NCBI GenBank assembly: GCA_963823665.1
Contig: CAWGMQ010000008.1
Span: 64,001 to 128,000, forward strand
Origin: an uncultured Planctomycetota bacterium
GTDB taxonomy: Bacteria; Planctomycetota; Planctomycetia; Isosphaerales; Isosphaeraceae
Reading direction: 5' to 3'
Length of the DNA stretch: 64,000 nucleotides
The translations under genes were made by a program, and so were the position numbers. Below are positions 63,222 to 64,000 of the stretch, in pieces. Under the pieces are notes generated by a model that saw only the letters and a list, made by a program, of their open reading frames with translations, had not been told where the DNA came from and made no database searches. The first letter of the stretch is position 1, and each line of letters begins with the position of its first letter.

Positions 63222-63505
63222 GATCGCGGACTCCTGATTCACGATGGGACGGCACATGGTCTGCTCGGGCTCGCTCCGTTCCGAATTCTCCTGCACGGAA
63301 GGGTCGTGTGCAACGTGGGAACAGCGTCAGGATTCGAGGCATAAAGTTGTTCAACCATTATGGCAAATTCCTGACCGAACCGAGCGGTAGTCTGCTCAGG
63401 GCGGACCGCACTCGGACGAACACGAGTGAGTGTGAAAGGATCATCATGGTACTTCCGGCGGCGTGGAGATGGTCGAGCGATCCGGGCGAATTCACTTTGT
63501 TTGAA

Positions 63506-63586
63506 GTCGAGTAGCGGAGGGACGGGTGTGACCCCGTCGCCTCCGCCCTCTTCAAACCGGACTTGCAGATTTCCCGCATCCGGCTT
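63506..63586 (-). ncRNA. Group II intron domains V and VI
   Basis: AAGCCGGATGCGGGAAATCTGCAAGTCCGGTTT (AGC triad, GAAA loop), then a hairpin with bulged A and AC end. Confidence 0.9.
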
Positions 63587-63634
63587 GCCCAAATCCTCTC
63601 GATCGAAGGCGATTCGCAGGGAGGCAGCGGTAAG

Positions 63635-64000
63635 TCATTTCAGGAACCGCAGGCCGAGGCTCTGCAGGTGGAAGTAAACTGACTTGCCTGCCGGGGTACG
63701 GTAGGCTCGCTGACTACGACGTTGCAAGTGACGCGTCAATCGGAGCAACATGAAGCTGTTGAGGTTCCGAAACCCATGGCTGGGATAGCCGTAGCGGAAG
63801 TAACCGCTCCAGCCTCTTGTCCAGCGGTTGAGATCGTCTATCACCTGACGGATCGAGACGAAACACCGCTTGGGCCCAGTCAGCTCTCGGACCTTGTCGT
63901 GTGCACGAGCCATCGACTTGATCGAAGGAAAGACGTTGAGATAGCGATGATCACGACCAAAGAGGTCGCGGTCGTATCGCAACGCAAATCCTAGAAAGTT
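63635..64000 (-). CDS. ltrA: Group II intron reverse transcriptase/maturase, C-terminal part, no endonuclease domain
   Basis: NFLGF (RT7), LNRWTRGWSGYFRYG (domain X). Confidence 0.92.
   Translation of the reverse strand, partial: NFLGFALRYDRDLFGRDHRYLNVFPSIKSMARAHDKVRELTGPKRCFVSIRQVIDDLNRWTRGWSGYFRYGYPSHGFRNLNSFMLLRLTRHLQRRSQRAYRTPAGKSVYFHLQSLGLRFLK

Larger units (their letters stand above)
63506..64000 (-). mobile_element. Group II intron, 3' portion (rest lies beyond the window)
   Basis: Maturase C-terminus followed by domains V and VI, ending ...CTACTCGAC. Confidence 0.92.

Noticed and set aside
1..64000. CRISPR arrays, tRNA, rRNA, transposase or integrase genes
   Set aside because: No regularly spaced repeat-spacer pattern or diagnostic motifs found by eye

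Overview
A GC-rich bacterial window with strong Planctomycetota hallmarks, most like Isosphaeraceae (inferred from gene families only). It holds two DUF1559 prepilin-like genes, two PSD1/planctomycete cytochrome c plus DUF1501 pairs, four large Ser/Thr kinases, two ECF sigma factors, FG-GAP/ASPIC proteins and a giant LEPR-XLL-type exoprotein with a PI-PLC head. It also has tandem ABC-type permeases, an orphan WspF/CheB lacking its catalytic Ser, several REP-like palindromes, and the 3' end of a group II intron at the right edge. Many single-base frameshifts, densest at 55.7-61.8 kb, look like long-read consensus errors. A few loci (37.1-38.0, 46.1-46.3, 48.9-51.1 kb) show real decay by internal deletion and nonsense codons. 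The best candidate for an undescribed system is a family of three small exported Cys/His-motif ORFs; the intact copy ends in HPPR. It lies ahead of a structured spacer and a DUF1559-lipoprotein-EF-hand/deiodinase operon, reminiscent of DUF2946/CruR-type ribosome-arrest leader peptides. I saw no rRNA, tRNA or CRISPR array. All family assignments come from motif recognition by eye, not database searches.
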